The notes: generated by a model not told the origin, from the sequence alone. DNA of 64,000 nucleotides from Candidatus Latescibacterota bacterium (GCA_965200315.1 OZ241362.1:4416001-4480000), one strand, 5' to 3'; counted from the first letter of the stretch, positions 35,868-46,705 are shown. Numbers and translations: made by a program.

Positions 35868-38534
35868 TTACGGCGTACCGCGGTACGGCACCATCACAAA
35901 CGCCCCACCCGTAGGCGAGTGCCGAGAGTTTTCGTACACAGTCACCAACACGCCAGCTTCCACATCAGTTGCTCTCTGCGTGCGTCCCGAAGGCCAGCGT
36001 ACGCGTACGACATCCGCTCGTTGATGCGCACCTAAGCCGACAATTAAGGTCGCGCTGTTTTGGGCCGAAAAGCCCTCGCCGGCCCGGTGCTCGCGCAACA
36101 GCGTCCTCCCGCCGACATCCACTTGCACTTGTACGCCATAGCCATCGCGCACGCTCCATTCGTGCGAAATCTCGGCGCGGTCGTTGCCCCCCACAAACCG
36201 CAACGCGAGGATGTGCCCCGCCTTGCTGCGGTTGGCAAACAGCTCGCAAAGCGGCTCATTGGCATTGACGACGGCCAAATCGATGCGCCCATCGCGGTCG
36301 AAGTCCAAGGTAGCAAAGGCGCGGCCATCCGCAGGCGAATCCGCCGCCGACAGGCCCGACACGTCGAGGAAGGCTCGGCCCGCTAGGTTGAGGAAGAGGC
36401 GGTTGCGCTGGTAGCCGCTGAGCGAGGCCCCGGCGTCGAGCCGCGCCCCCACGTTGTAGGCCCCATCGGTTCGGCCATGGCGCACGACCGTGCGCCAAAA
36501 CAGGCTTCAGGTATCCTCGAAGAGAGCGACTGCGGACGGCGGGGTGTAGTAGCCACTCAGGGCGTAGATATCGAGGTCGCCGTCGTTGTCAAAGTCCAGA
36601 AATTGACCGCCCCAACCCCAGCCGCCGTCCTCCACCGGCGAATCTGCAACAAGAGTGAAACCCTCACTGTCGTTCCGCAGGAGGGAGTTGCCCCGGGCCA
36701 AAGAAGCAAACGTCTTACCCGCCTGCCCGGCGGCTTCTGTGATGCGGCGACCAGCGTTGCTGTGCATGTTGGTCACGTACAGGTCTTGGCGGCCATCCCC
36801 GTCGTAATCAGCCCAGCTCGCGCCCATGCCAAAGCCCGGATCCGCAGCTCCGCTCGCAGCGGTGACATCGACGAGGGCACCGCCGTCATTGCGGAGCAAG
36901 TTGTTGGCGGCAAAGTCATTGGCGAGGTAGAGATCCGGGTCGCCATCGCGGTCGTAGTCAGCCCAAGTCGCCTGTAAGGTATTGCGCCACATGGCGGCGG
37001 TGGGCGCGAAGCGATTGTTGCCGAGATTGCACAGCAGGAAGTTGGGCGGCCCGGGCGCGTCGTGGATGAGGTGGCCGATGCGGTCGCGACTCAGGTCGTA
37101 GAGTGCGCGGGCGTGGTCCGCAGGCAGGAAGTCGGCCAACAGTGCGCCGCCCCAAGGCGCGTCGCGGTGCGCGGAGGGAGCCGCTTCGAGCAACATCCGC
37201 GCGGCATACGTGGAGAAGTACGTATCGAGCAGACCGTCGCCGTTGTAATCGGCCGCTGAGATCGAGGCCACGAGAAACGGCAAGACGCCATCGCCTAAGT
37301 CGCGAGGGACGAAGCGACCATTCTCGTTGACCATGTAGAGGCTGGGCGCAAGCGTGCGACCGAGGAAGACATCTGGATCGCCATCGTTGTCAAAGTCGGC
37401 GAAAAGCGCGGCGGCCGTGTGGTGCTCCACGTCGAAGCCGTATTGGGCTGCGCGCTCGGTGAACGTGCCGTCGCCGCCATTGTGCAACAGCATGTTCCGA
37501 CCTTGGCGCACGGCAATGTACAGGTCGTCGTACCCATCGTCGTCGATATCCACGACGCTGATGCCGGGATGGCGGTCAAAGGCTTGGCGGGTGAAATAGC
37601 GATGCGGCGCGACGAACGCGGAGTCGAGGAACGACTGGCTCACTAGTTCGGCGTGGCGCGAAAACCGAGTCCGAGCGCGGTCCTCGTCGCGTGGGATCGC
37701 CTCGTCGAGGACTTCGGCAAATAGCGAGTGCGCCCGCGTGAGCATCTCCAGCGACTCGGTTTCCCAGCGTCGAATCCGCCAAGTGGCATCTTCCTGCCGC
37801 TGCCAGTCGAGCACCAGCCGAGCCAGTATTTGTGCGCGCTTCCCGTCTTTTGTCTGCGCCGAGGCGTCAAAGCGCAAGTGGGCTTGGTAGATCGTCTCCG
37901 CGTCGAGAAAATGCCCGGTCTCAATGTGGAAGGCCGCATAGTCGCCGGAATCAACAGCCGCCCACAGCGGTCCCCAGAGCTGGAGATCGGCGCGGCGGGC
38001 CTGCTTGGTGGGTGCGACGTTCCAGCGCTGACGCTTAATACCCAGCGCCGGGACGACTTCGGTCGCCTCCCCGGTCTGCTCCACATCCGCAACATCAACC
38101 GCAGCGGCAAAAAGCGCACGAGCCGGTGCGGGGGGCAGTTGACCTTGGTACATCCCCAAGGCAAGAAGCGGCAGCGCCTCGCCGCTCAGGTGCTGCTGCA
38201 CCGCTTCGCTGCGGTCAATAGTCGCCAAGAGCCGGTTGCGTTCCTGCACCTTTTGCAGCGAGCAGACCGTGCCGTACCCCCCGAGGGCGGCAAGCGTGCC
38301 AAAGGCGAAAGCGACGAGTACAATGGGAGCTAGCGGCAGCCGAGGACAGCGCCAAACGAGCCAACCACCGCCAAAGAGCAAAGCTATCTGGAGGACGATG
38401 ATACCCTCGAGGCCAAGCGGATGCGCCGGAAAAAAATGGGCGAGCCCCAGCGGATTGAAGGCCAAGCCACTGAGCAGCAGGGCCGCACCGGCGAGGCGCC
38501 CGGCCGCGTGTTCAGCTCGTTCTTTGTCGCGCAT
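35868..38534 (-). CDS. Membrane-anchored ASPIC/UnbV FG-GAP protein with in-frame UGA (candidate selenoprotein, about 888 aa, Sec676)
   Basis: Track ORFs 36507-38561 and 35868-36485 share a frame and are separated by one TGA (36509-36507): FEDT-U-SLFWRTVV; FG-GAP repeats continue on both sides and the UnbV domain (AGEGFSAQNS..GLG..RWPSG) lies downstream. Confidence 0.75.
36474..36509 (-). promoter_or_regulatory. Candidate bacterial SECIS element
   Basis: UGA-AGCCUGUUU-UGGCGCAC-GGUC-GUGCGCCA-UGGC: perfect 8-bp stem, GG-initiated apical loop 17 nt after UGA, short lower GCC/GGC stem. Confidence 0.7.
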
Positions 38535-38541
38535 GGTATAT

Positions 38542-39759
38542 CTACGCGGCCATAGTCCCAAAGCGCACCATGGCCTCAGCCAACGGCAGGGCCGACACCC
38601 CGTTGGGCAAGGTCATAGTCTCAGCACCGGGATAAATGACCCACTTTTCGCTTGGGGTGAGGTCTTTACATCCTTCGTAAAACCCTCTGCCGGGGCGGGG
38701 GTCGGTGGTATTCATCTTCACTTCCACCGCGATGCTCGGGCGTCCACCACGCAGGAGAAGCAGGTCGATTTCCGCGCCAGCCGCCGTGCGCCAAAAGGCG
38801 AGGTCCCACCCAAGCGGCAGCACCGCAGAGAACTGCTCCACGACAAAGCCCTCCCAGCTATACCCAGCTACGGGATGCCCGAGAATCTGTTCGCGGCTGT
38901 GCAGGGCGAGCAGAGCGTGCAGGATGCCGGTGTCGCGGATGTACACTTTAGGCGATTTAACAAGGCGTTTCCCGATGTTCCGCAAGTAGGGTAGGAGACA
39001 CCGCACGAGGTACGTCTGCTGGATGGCATCGAGATAGCGCCCAGCCGTGGTGGCGCCGATGTCGAGACTGCGCGCCAGTTGACTGGCATTCCAGCACTGG
39101 CCGTGGTTGTGGCCCAGCATTTGCAGGAAGCGGTACATTCTCGCCGGCGGCAGTTCAAAGCCGATCAGCCGCAAATCGCGTTCGGTTATGTCGCGCACAT
39201 ATTGCTGACGCCAGAGGGCACTTTGCCCGCTCGTAGCGGCGAGCAGAGACATGGGAAAGCCCCCGCGTTCCCACAATACTTCCAACGAGCAAAGATCCGG
39301 GACGATCTCCTCAGCACTGAACGGCGTAAGTTCTATGGTCAGCAGCCGACCAGCTAGGCTTTCGGCGCTCTGGCGGCGCAGATCGGGCGTGGCCGAACCA
39401 AGCAGGAGAAACTGCCCGGGGCGGCGGTTCTGGTCGATGAGTACCCGCAAAATGGGAAACAACTCCGGCATGCGCTGTGCTTCGTCTATGACGACGAGTT
39501 CGCTCTGGTCAACCTGCAACGCCCGCAGGGGATCTTCTAAGATCAGCCGGTGCCGCGGATCCTCTAGGTCGAAAAAGCGGGGCGCGGGCAATATATCTAG
39601 CATGTTGACCAGCGTCGTTTTTCCGCACTGTCGCGGGCCGACCAAAGCGACGGCCGGGAACTGCGCCAGTGCCTCCAGTACTCTGTTTTTGGCCAAGCGA
39701 GGGACTATCACGAGGAACTTTCCAAGAGGGATAAAATTACCTTGTATATTAACCATCAA
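38542..39759 (-). CDS. AAA-family ATPase with DUF4143 domain
   Basis: Walker A GPRQCGKTT, Walker B VVIDEAQ, SESLAGR, KRLVKSPKVYIRDTG, EIDLLL; true start may be GTG 39711. Confidence 0.93.
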   Translation of the reverse strand: MMVNIQGNFIPLGKFLVIVPRLAKNRVLEALAQFPAVALVGPRQCGKTTLVNMLDILPAPRFFDLEDPRHRLILEDPLRALQVDQSELVVIDEAQRMPELFPILRVLIDQNRRPGQFLLLGSATPDLRRQSAESLAGRLLTIELTPFSAEEIVPDLCSLEVLWERGGFPMSLLAATSGQSALWRQQYVRDITERDLRLIGFELPPARMYRFLQMLGHNHGQCWNASQLARSLDIGATTAGRYLDAIQQTYLVRCLLPYLRNIGKRLVKSPKVYIRDTGILHALLALHSREQILGHPVAGYSWEGFVVEQFSAVLPLGWDLAFWRTAAGAEIDLLLLRGGRPSIAVEVKMNTTDPRPGRGFYEGCKDLTPSEKWVIYPGAETMTLPNGVSALPLAEAMVRFGTMAA

Positions 39760-39849
39760 ACGGTGAATTTACAAGGATAGATAGCGACTTCTTTGTCGCG
39801 GCGCGTGTGCGCAGTATATTTAGAATCCCTCCAAAAGAGGAGAACGCTT

Positions 39850-41091
39850 CTGTTCGCTGAAATCGCCCGGCATGCCCTCGATCGGGTGCCTTTGTCCATC
39901 ATCTTCGACGATTCCACAGTGCTGGTCAACCTCAACTATTTCTTCCTCCGCGATCGCACCATCGCCGAGGGCCGTCCCCAGCGCTGGGAGGACCTGCCGG
40001 TGGTCCATCCGGCGTCCTTTACCCGCGAATTTGCCGAGTGGTGCCTAGCAAGCGGCGTCCGCGGCAAGTTCTCGGTGGTGCCCTGCCCGGCGGCCCTAGG
40101 GCGCATCGACGAGGGGTTGCCCCTTTTCAGCAGAGCACAGCAAGACGAATGGCTGGCTATGTGCCGCGAGCTCATCGTCCCCGCCTTCGACATCACGCCC
40201 GAGATGCTCACCCACACGTTCGTATTAGATCCCAAAACCTTGCAGCCACTCCCCTCTAGAATATGGGAGCAATACGATTGGGCCGCGCTGCCCGAAGACC
40301 AAGAGGAGTTGGTCACCGAGTACATCGCCCAAGCGTGCCGCATTCTAGTCGCCGTGGGCCTGACGCCGCAAGGGGTAACCTCACCGGGCGGTTTTGGCGG
40401 CCGCACCCTGCCCTTTTACGCCCACTGTGCTGGCGAGGCCATACGCCAAGTCACGGGCAACCGAGTGCCTTACTTTTTTCAGCGGATCTCAAGGGACGAC
40501 ACGGTAGATACGCCCGTATGGTACCCCGATCGCCAAACCGGCCAAGCCACCGGAGAAATCATCGCCTCCACCGGCGACTGGACCGGCAGTTGGACCGGCT
40601 ACGGCGAGGTCAATGCCGACAAGTACATCACTCCCGACTTAGAGGGCGGCCGCCTACCGGCCCTCATCGACGCGGGCGAACCGGCTGTGCTCATCAGCCA
40701 TTGGCAGGGATTTTATGGGCTACACGATGAGGACCGACGCGGCTTTAACGCATTCAAGAAGGTGGTTAGCCGTCTCGCCGAGCGCGATCCGAGGGGAGAG
40801 CGCACTCAATGGCGCACCTGTAGCCAGATTACCACTTATGCCTGCGCCCGCGCCATGGCCGAGATTTCAGTAGAGGGCAACACCATTCGCCTCGATCTGC
40901 CGGTGCAGACCCCTGACCTGACTCTGCATCTGACGGATGGACAGGTGCGCTCAGTCCGAGTGGATGGCCGCCCATTGACGCGCGCTGCGAACCGTGCCGC
41001 CTTCAAAAGCGATACTTTCCTGTTAGAGGACGAAGCTACTTTAGTCGCCTTTGACCCGGCCCAACGCCGGGTGCTCGTAGAAGTGGAGTGA
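39850..41091 (+). CDS. Hypothetical protein, possible polysaccharide deacetylase-like barrel
   Basis: LSIIFDDS, GKFSVVP, ITPEMLTH, GVTSPGGFG, ISHWQG; start uncertain (CTG 39850 after AGGAG; track uses TTG 39793). Confidence 0.6.
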   Translation: MFAEIARHALDRVPLSIIFDDSTVLVNLNYFFLRDRTIAEGRPQRWEDLPVVHPASFTREFAEWCLASGVRGKFSVVPCPAALGRIDEGLPLFSRAQQDEWLAMCRELIVPAFDITPEMLTHTFVLDPKTLQPLPSRIWEQYDWAALPEDQEELVTEYIAQACRILVAVGLTPQGVTSPGGFGGRTLPFYAHCAGEAIRQVTGNRVPYFFQRISRDDTVDTPVWYPDRQTGQATGEIIASTGDWTGSWTGYGEVNADKYITPDLEGGRLPALIDAGEPAVLISHWQGFYGLHDEDRRGFNAFKKVVSRLAERDPRGERTQWRTCSQITTYACARAMAEISVEGNTIRLDLPVQTPDLTLHLTDGQVRSVRVDGRPLTRAANRAAFKSDTFLLEDEATLVAFDPAQRRVLVEVE

Positions 41092-41116
41092 CCCACTTAA
41101 CACGGAGACTGTACCC

Positions 41117-42190
41117 ATGAACTCACGCCCGCAAATACTCATCGCCTGCAACAAGCACGTGCGCGAGCAGTACCTCGCCGCAGCCGATTTCAAACGCCTC
41201 GAAGCCTTCGCCGACTGGGACTGGTTCGAATGCGAAGGCGGCGGCATTTACGACACCAACGCAGACCCTGAGATCGCCTGTGTGCTAGGCGAGCGGCTAG
41301 GTAGCTACGACGGCTTGGTCGTCTGCCACGGCTGCCCGACGATAGATGCCGCGATCTTGGATCAAGCCCCCGACCTGAAGATCATCGGAGAGTTGGAAGG
41401 GGACCGCTTTGCCAGCCGCGTCGACGTCGAAGCCGCTTGGGCGCGCGGCGTCTGCACGGTCGATACGACCAACGGCTCGTCGTATCCAGTGTCCGAGTGG
41501 GCCTTGGCGCTCATCATTATTGCTCTGCGCAACGCCGGAGCCCAATTCCGCCGCCTCATCGCCGGCGACGTGCGCCCTCGTCCGCACAGCGACTTTGGCT
41601 TTATTCACGGCGACCTGACCGGCAAGCGGGTCGGCCTTATTGGCTGCGGGCACATTGGCCGGCGGCTGATTCAGTTTTTGCGGCCCTTTGACGCGGAAAT
41701 TTGGGTGTACGACCCGTACTTGGCGCGGGAGATGGCCGACGCGGTCGGCTTCCTCAAAACCTCACTGGACAACGTGATGTCCCAGTGCGACGCCATCGTC
41801 TGCTTAGCCCCGCACACCCCGCGCACCGAGCGCATGATTGGTCAGCGGGAATTGGATCTGATCCGGCCGGGCGCGGTGTTCGTCAATGTGTCACGCGGCA
41901 AAGTGGTAGATTCAGACGCGCTAGTGAGGCGGCTCAAGCGGGGCGACATCGTCGCTGGTTTAGACGTGTTCGACCCGGATGTGGGCGAGGACAACGCCTA
42001 TGGCGACAAGGAGATTCTCCACTTGGAAAACGTCTTCGTCACCCCCCACATCGCCGGCGTAACCGTACAGAGCTACCCGCGCTTTTTCACGCTCATGGTC
42101 GATGAACTCGACCGCTTCTTCCACGGGCACGAGACCCTCTTCGACCTGACGCCGCGCTCCATCGCCAACCGCCGAGGCAGTGCGAGCTGA
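41117..42190 (+). CDS. D-isomer-specific 2-hydroxyacid dehydrogenase
   Basis: GLIGCGHIG, YDPY, VNVSRG, LDVFDP, TPHIAG. Confidence 0.93.
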   Translation: MNSRPQILIACNKHVREQYLAAADFKRLEAFADWDWFECEGGGIYDTNADPEIACVLGERLGSYDGLVVCHGCPTIDAAILDQAPDLKIIGELEGDRFASRVDVEAAWARGVCTVDTTNGSSYPVSEWALALIIIALRNAGAQFRRLIAGDVRPRPHSDFGFIHGDLTGKRVGLIGCGHIGRRLIQFLRPFDAEIWVYDPYLAREMADAVGFLKTSLDNVMSQCDAIVCLAPHTPRTERMIGQRELDLIRPGAVFVNVSRGKVVDSDALVRRLKRGDIVAGLDVFDPDVGEDNAYGDKEILHLENVFVTPHIAGVTVQSYPRFFTLMVDELDRFFHGHETLFDLTPRSIANRRGSAS

Positions 42191-42192
42191 CC

Positions 42193-42636
42193 ATGCTGAC
42201 CCCACTCCAAGTTGGCCAATTCCACGCCATGGGGTTTGTCAAGCTAAGGGCGTGCTTGACGTCGGACGAGGTAGCCCAGTTCGAGGCTGCGTACAACAGG
42301 CTGATCGCCGGGGCCTCGGCTTACGACTACTTTGAGGACAACCTCGGGCGGCCGAGCCGGGGTACGCGCCAGCAGGGGCGCTGTGCCGAGTTGGACGACG
42401 ATTTCGCCAGCTTTGTCGAGCACCCGCGCATCGCCGCGGCGCAGCAGGACATTTTCGGGCGACCGTGTCTGTTCCACGGCGGCGGGGAAGTCTGGCTGAA
42501 CAGGAGTGATACGCCGTGGCACAGCGACGTGCTGGGCGACCGAGGCCGAGATCCAGATTTCTACACCATTAAGGCGGCGATCTACCTCGACGAGTTGGAG
42601 GCGGATTCTGGATCGCTGAACGTGATTCCCACTTGA
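42193..42636 (+). pseudogene. PhyH-family dioxygenase, C-terminally truncated
   Basis: QFHAMGFV, PWHSD, IYLDEL..GSLNVIP then stop; GSH and distal His missing. Confidence 0.8.
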
Positions 42637-43340
42637 TCGGGCGGCGCGATGAGAGCCTGCACTGGGGAGGCTTCCCCTTTGAAATCGGCAACCGCTGGCG
42701 CGAGCAGCGCACGGGTCTCGAAGAGCGGGACGCAGTTCCCGGCATCCCCACATGGGCCACTTGGACGGGTGATCCCTTCTACGACTGCTACGCCCATGCC
42801 GAACCGGGCACCGAGGGGCTGTACAGCAGCGCCGGCTTCTGGCGGTTGGGCCAAGCGCTGACCCACGTTTGGGGCCGCGACCTCAAGGCCGTGGTCCAAG
42901 AGCGCCTATTCGACATCATTGGCATCCCGTACGAGCGCTGGGACTGGCTCACCGGCGGCGCAGTGAAAGAGCGGAAATACCTCTATCCCACCATTCCAGA
43001 CGCGTACACCTACCTCGACCCTCCCTACGAAATTGGCGGACAAGTCGTGCGCAGCGGTCCGGGTTGGGTGGTCATCAGCGCCGCGGATCTAGCGCGCTTC
43101 GGCCACCTCAATGCCACCCGAGGTATATGGAAGGGAGTGCGCGTCATCGACGCCGCTTGGCTGCGCGGCCACGGCGGGGGCAATAAGAGCGGGGCCAGCG
43201 GCGAGTGCGAGCACTTCACGGCCATGGGGGTGGTGACGACAATCGGGCTACCCGAGTACAGGCACGGAGTCGAGACCAAGAGCATCCTCCCCGACGACTT
43301 CTTCGTCTCAGAAGTCCAGCCGAGTTCCGAGAGGAGCTAG
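42633..43340 (+). pseudogene. C-terminal part of a beta-lactamase-fold serine hydrolase-like protein
   Basis: EPGTEGLYSS, RLFDIIGI, ISAADLARFGHL..RGIWKG; no N-terminal SxxK region. Confidence 0.65.
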
Positions 43341-43534
43341 CGGAAAAGCTCAGCGGGTCGGGCAATTGCTCAATGGGAGGGCGGAAAAGTCTCCGGCCAG
43401 CGCGGGTCGTAGTCGCTTGCAAAGAGCCTGCCAAAGGGACTTGATTGCGCTGCCCGGCTGGGGTTAATTGCACCTGTTGTAGCGCTGTGAGATCGGGACA
43501 CCGCAGTGCCAAGCAGGAGACGAGGAGGACGATC

Positions 43535-45115
43535 ATGAGTAAGACCCACGAGGTAATGTTCTACACCGACGGCCGCCATTCAAGCGCGTACTTGTACGAG
43601 CCGCCCATGGGGGCCAAGCAGTATCTAGAGCCCATTGACGAGCTAGTCGACCTCGGCATTGACACCATCACCTATGCCGTAGGCGACTGTAGCGTTTTGC
43701 TCTACGCCACCAAGGTGGGCGAGCGTTGGGGGCACAACGTCGATCTGACCGACCACGATATTTGGTGGCGGGCGGCGCACAACGCTAGGCTGATGATCGA
43801 ACAGGGCATTGACCCGCTCATGCTTGTGTGCCAGCGGGCGCAGCAGCGCGGTTTCCAGTTTCTGCCCAGCCTGCTGTTGAACATGATTCACACGCCGCAC
43901 GACCGCGTCACCAATTGCCGAGTGGCCGACTTCACCACTGAGCATCCCGAATGGCAGGTCGGCGACGAGCCCGAGTACCCCGAGGCCCGCTTCGACAACC
44001 CCAACCGGCTGTCCTTTGCCGTCCCCGAAGTTCGGGCGGACCGGCTGGCAGTAATCGCCGAACTGGTCGGGGATTACCCCGGCGACGGCATTGAGCTGAA
44101 CATGCACGACTACGCGCCGTTTATCGGCCGCGGGGAGGTCGCCGAGCACACCGAGACCCTGACCGAGTGGCTGCGAGAAATACGCCGGCTCTGCGATCAG
44201 GCGGCCGCAGAGCAGGGTCGTCCCAAGCGGTTGGTGGTCCGCATAGGCGCGACCCTCGACGGCAATAAGCGCATGGGGATGGACGTGGAGACTTGGATCG
44301 AGGAGGAGATCGTCGACGCGCTGATCTGCATGCAGGTCGTCGGTGGTTTTGCAAACGACACCACCGGATTGCGGGCCGTTGTTGCGGCCGCCGAAGGCGG
44401 GGGGGTGCGGGTGTTGGCGGGTATGGAATCGACCAACAACCCCGAGCTTTCCCGGCCGACAGTGCGGGCCGCTGCAGCCAATGCCTATGCCGCTGGGGTC
44501 CACGGCGTGTTCTTTCACACTTATTACCCGATGCCCAAGCGCTATCCGTATGATGACGAAGCGGCTGGAAGGCTGAGGTTTATGGGGCATCCAGACTTGC
44601 TGGACAATCTCGACAAGAGGTACCGGCTCGGCATCCCCAGCAATCCTAAGTCAGCCCCCATCCATGGCCTAGCCGAACAGCTACCGGCCGAACTGCCGTG
44701 CGGAGCTCCAGCGCGGTCGTTCACATTGGAAGTGAGCGACGACATGGCCAGCCGAGACCGAGCCGGTGAGTTGTGGCGCTGCGAGTTACGCCTGATGTTG
44801 CAGCACCTGACGTACGAGGACCGGATCAAGCTGAAGTGGAATGGCAGTGAAATACCCGAGACCGCGTGGCGCAAGGCCGACTGGACCTACCAGTTGCGCC
44901 CTAGGCCGGATTACGCGGTCAACGGGTACCGGCTACACATTGATCTCAAGCCGATCCAGTGCCTGCCCCAGAGGGGGATAAATACGGTGGAGGTAGAGGT
45001 CGTGGAGAAGGACGCCCAGCTCATTCACCCGGTGACCCTAGTGGATGTGGAGTTGGTGGTCGAATATCTGCCGCACCGCAATGCGCTGCGGGACGACGAG
45101 GAGTACTTTGCCTGA
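43535..45115 (+). CDS. Glycoside hydrolase-like TIM-barrel protein (GHL10/DUF187-like)
   Basis: YTDGRH, IDPLMLVCQRA, HPEW, LSFAVPEVR, DGIELN, GMDVETWIEE; GAGGAGG RBS before ATG 43535. Confidence 0.65.
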   Translation: MSKTHEVMFYTDGRHSSAYLYEPPMGAKQYLEPIDELVDLGIDTITYAVGDCSVLLYATKVGERWGHNVDLTDHDIWWRAAHNARLMIEQGIDPLMLVCQRAQQRGFQFLPSLLLNMIHTPHDRVTNCRVADFTTEHPEWQVGDEPEYPEARFDNPNRLSFAVPEVRADRLAVIAELVGDYPGDGIELNMHDYAPFIGRGEVAEHTETLTEWLREIRRLCDQAAAEQGRPKRLVVRIGATLDGNKRMGMDVETWIEEEIVDALICMQVVGGFANDTTGLRAVVAAAEGGGVRVLAGMESTNNPELSRPTVRAAAANAYAAGVHGVFFHTYYPMPKRYPYDDEAAGRLRFMGHPDLLDNLDKRYRLGIPSNPKSAPIHGLAEQLPAELPCGAPARSFTLEVSDDMASRDRAGELWRCELRLMLQHLTYEDRIKLKWNGSEIPETAWRKADWTYQLRPRPDYAVNGYRLHIDLKPIQCLPQRGINTVEVEVVEKDAQLIHPVTLVDVELVVEYLPHRNALRDDEEYFA

Positions 45116-45116
45116 T

Positions 45117-46685
45117 TTAGACGTGAGATTCAAATGGCGAAAAAAACGCCAGATCAGCGCCAAAGTTATCCATCGCCACCACCTCGTCGCCGCGCAGGCG
45201 GGCGCGGATCGAACGGGTCCGATGCCTCAGAATCAACTCTTCTTCGGCCAAGGCAAAGCGGATCTCAATCGGCGTGTGCAACGGCGGCTGGGCGAAGAAA
45301 AGGAACCCGCTGTCTATGCGCGGCGGCGCGGCCCCTGTTACCACTAGATCGGACGGCGTTGCCCAGCCGGGCAGGCGCACCCACAACGGCCCCGGCTGCT
45401 TGGCCTCAACGCGCAGGGCATCATGCGTATAAGGAGATTCGACGCGCACGGCCTCGGTCTCGTGGTCAAAGAGCAAATTGACCCGGTGACCCGCCGGGTC
45501 GCTGCACACCATCTCCCGGTACACCTCGCACAAAGACGCCACCGCTCCACCGACAATATCCATGTTGAAGCCAACGGTCTCGGCTTCCGCCGGCTCGTGG
45601 CCGTACGGCGCAGGAAAGCCGAAGGCCCCTTGGTGCCGTTGTGCCACGTCGCGCAGGCCGTCCGCGCCTTCGGGGTTGAGCGGTTCGTCAATAAAGGAAA
45701 TATCGCGCAGTTGCGACGGCAGTATATGGCCGCGCACAATGCGCTCGGCATCCTGAAAGTACTCGCTCCAGCCCCAGTGCCCCAAGATCAGGGCAGTCTC
45801 GACGATGTCGCCGGTATTGTTGACTTCGCCGCGGTCGGGCGGCGCATCGGGATGTGTGCTTTCGACGACCCAACCCAATGGGTCGCGCATAGCCCACAGG
45901 CCATTATCGTAAAAAGCCTTGACGCGCAGCAGGAGCGCCGCATCGCCCGTCAGATCGGCCAATTGCGCCAACGACGACATGACGCAGGTGACCGAGTGCG
46001 TGTGGTCGCCGAGCAGTTTTCGGTCGTGGCCGCCTTTTGCAGTGAAAAACTCACCCGTGATCTTCTCTGCCAATTCCAACGCCAACGCCAACGCCGGCCC
46101 ATAGCCCGTCGCCCGATAGTACTTGACCAAAGGCCCCAAGGCCCGAGCTTCTCCCGGAATGAACAAGCTCTCCCAAGCCTCCAGTCCCAACCTCTGTAGC
46201 GCCGGTCGATCCCAGCCTTCGTCCGCGCTCCAATAGCGGCGAAATGCCTCGATACTGGCTTCAGCTAGCTGGCGCGCCCGGTCCGAGTCGCGGTACTGCA
46301 CCAGCGGATAGAGCGCGTGGAAGCCCTCGCGGATATTGTGAGGGATGAAGTTGACCAGCGGACCGCCCAACTCGGCCCGATTGAGCGGCATGGCAATAGG
46401 GCCGCTGTACGAATAGAACGCTGCGGCCGCGTGTTTTTCAATGGCCGCTTCATCTACTGCAACGCCCGCGGCGTCCTCGGCGTTGAGCAAGGCGTTGAGG
46501 TGGCGGCCGGGCACGTGCGCTTCCGAATGCGCGGCACTGAAGCGCAGCTCGGCTTGGGGGCGCACACGCGAGCCGAAAAAGGGTATATCGTTGTCGTCGG
46601 CATTGAAGACACTCGACATGGTGCGGCAACCCAATTCAATGGCGCTGCGCACATCCGTGGTATTGACATCTTGCAAACGAGCCAT
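45117..46685 (-). CDS. Hypothetical protein, GH127-like (alpha/alpha) barrel
   Basis: HVPGRHLNAL, GDHTHS, GEVNNTGD, ERIVRGHIL, NLLFDHET, LWVRLPGWA. Confidence 0.6.
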   Translation of the reverse strand: MARLQDVNTTDVRSAIELGCRTMSSVFNADDNDIPFFGSRVRPQAELRFSAAHSEAHVPGRHLNALLNAEDAAGVAVDEAAIEKHAAAAFYSYSGPIAMPLNRAELGGPLVNFIPHNIREGFHALYPLVQYRDSDRARQLAEASIEAFRRYWSADEGWDRPALQRLGLEAWESLFIPGEARALGPLVKYYRATGYGPALALALELAEKITGEFFTAKGGHDRKLLGDHTHSVTCVMSSLAQLADLTGDAALLLRVKAFYDNGLWAMRDPLGWVVESTHPDAPPDRGEVNNTGDIVETALILGHWGWSEYFQDAERIVRGHILPSQLRDISFIDEPLNPEGADGLRDVAQRHQGAFGFPAPYGHEPAEAETVGFNMDIVGGAVASLCEVYREMVCSDPAGHRVNLLFDHETEAVRVESPYTHDALRVEAKQPGPLWVRLPGWATPSDLVVTGAAPPRIDSGFLFFAQPPLHTPIEIRFALAEEELILRHRTRSIRARLRGDEVVAMDNFGADLAFFSPFESHV

Positions 46686-46705
46686 GGTCGTCTCCTCGGT
46701 TGAAA

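Noticed and set aside
42634-42636. TGA after the PhyH fragment as selenocysteine
   Set aside because: No SECIS-like hairpin, and the same frame does not continue as PhyH
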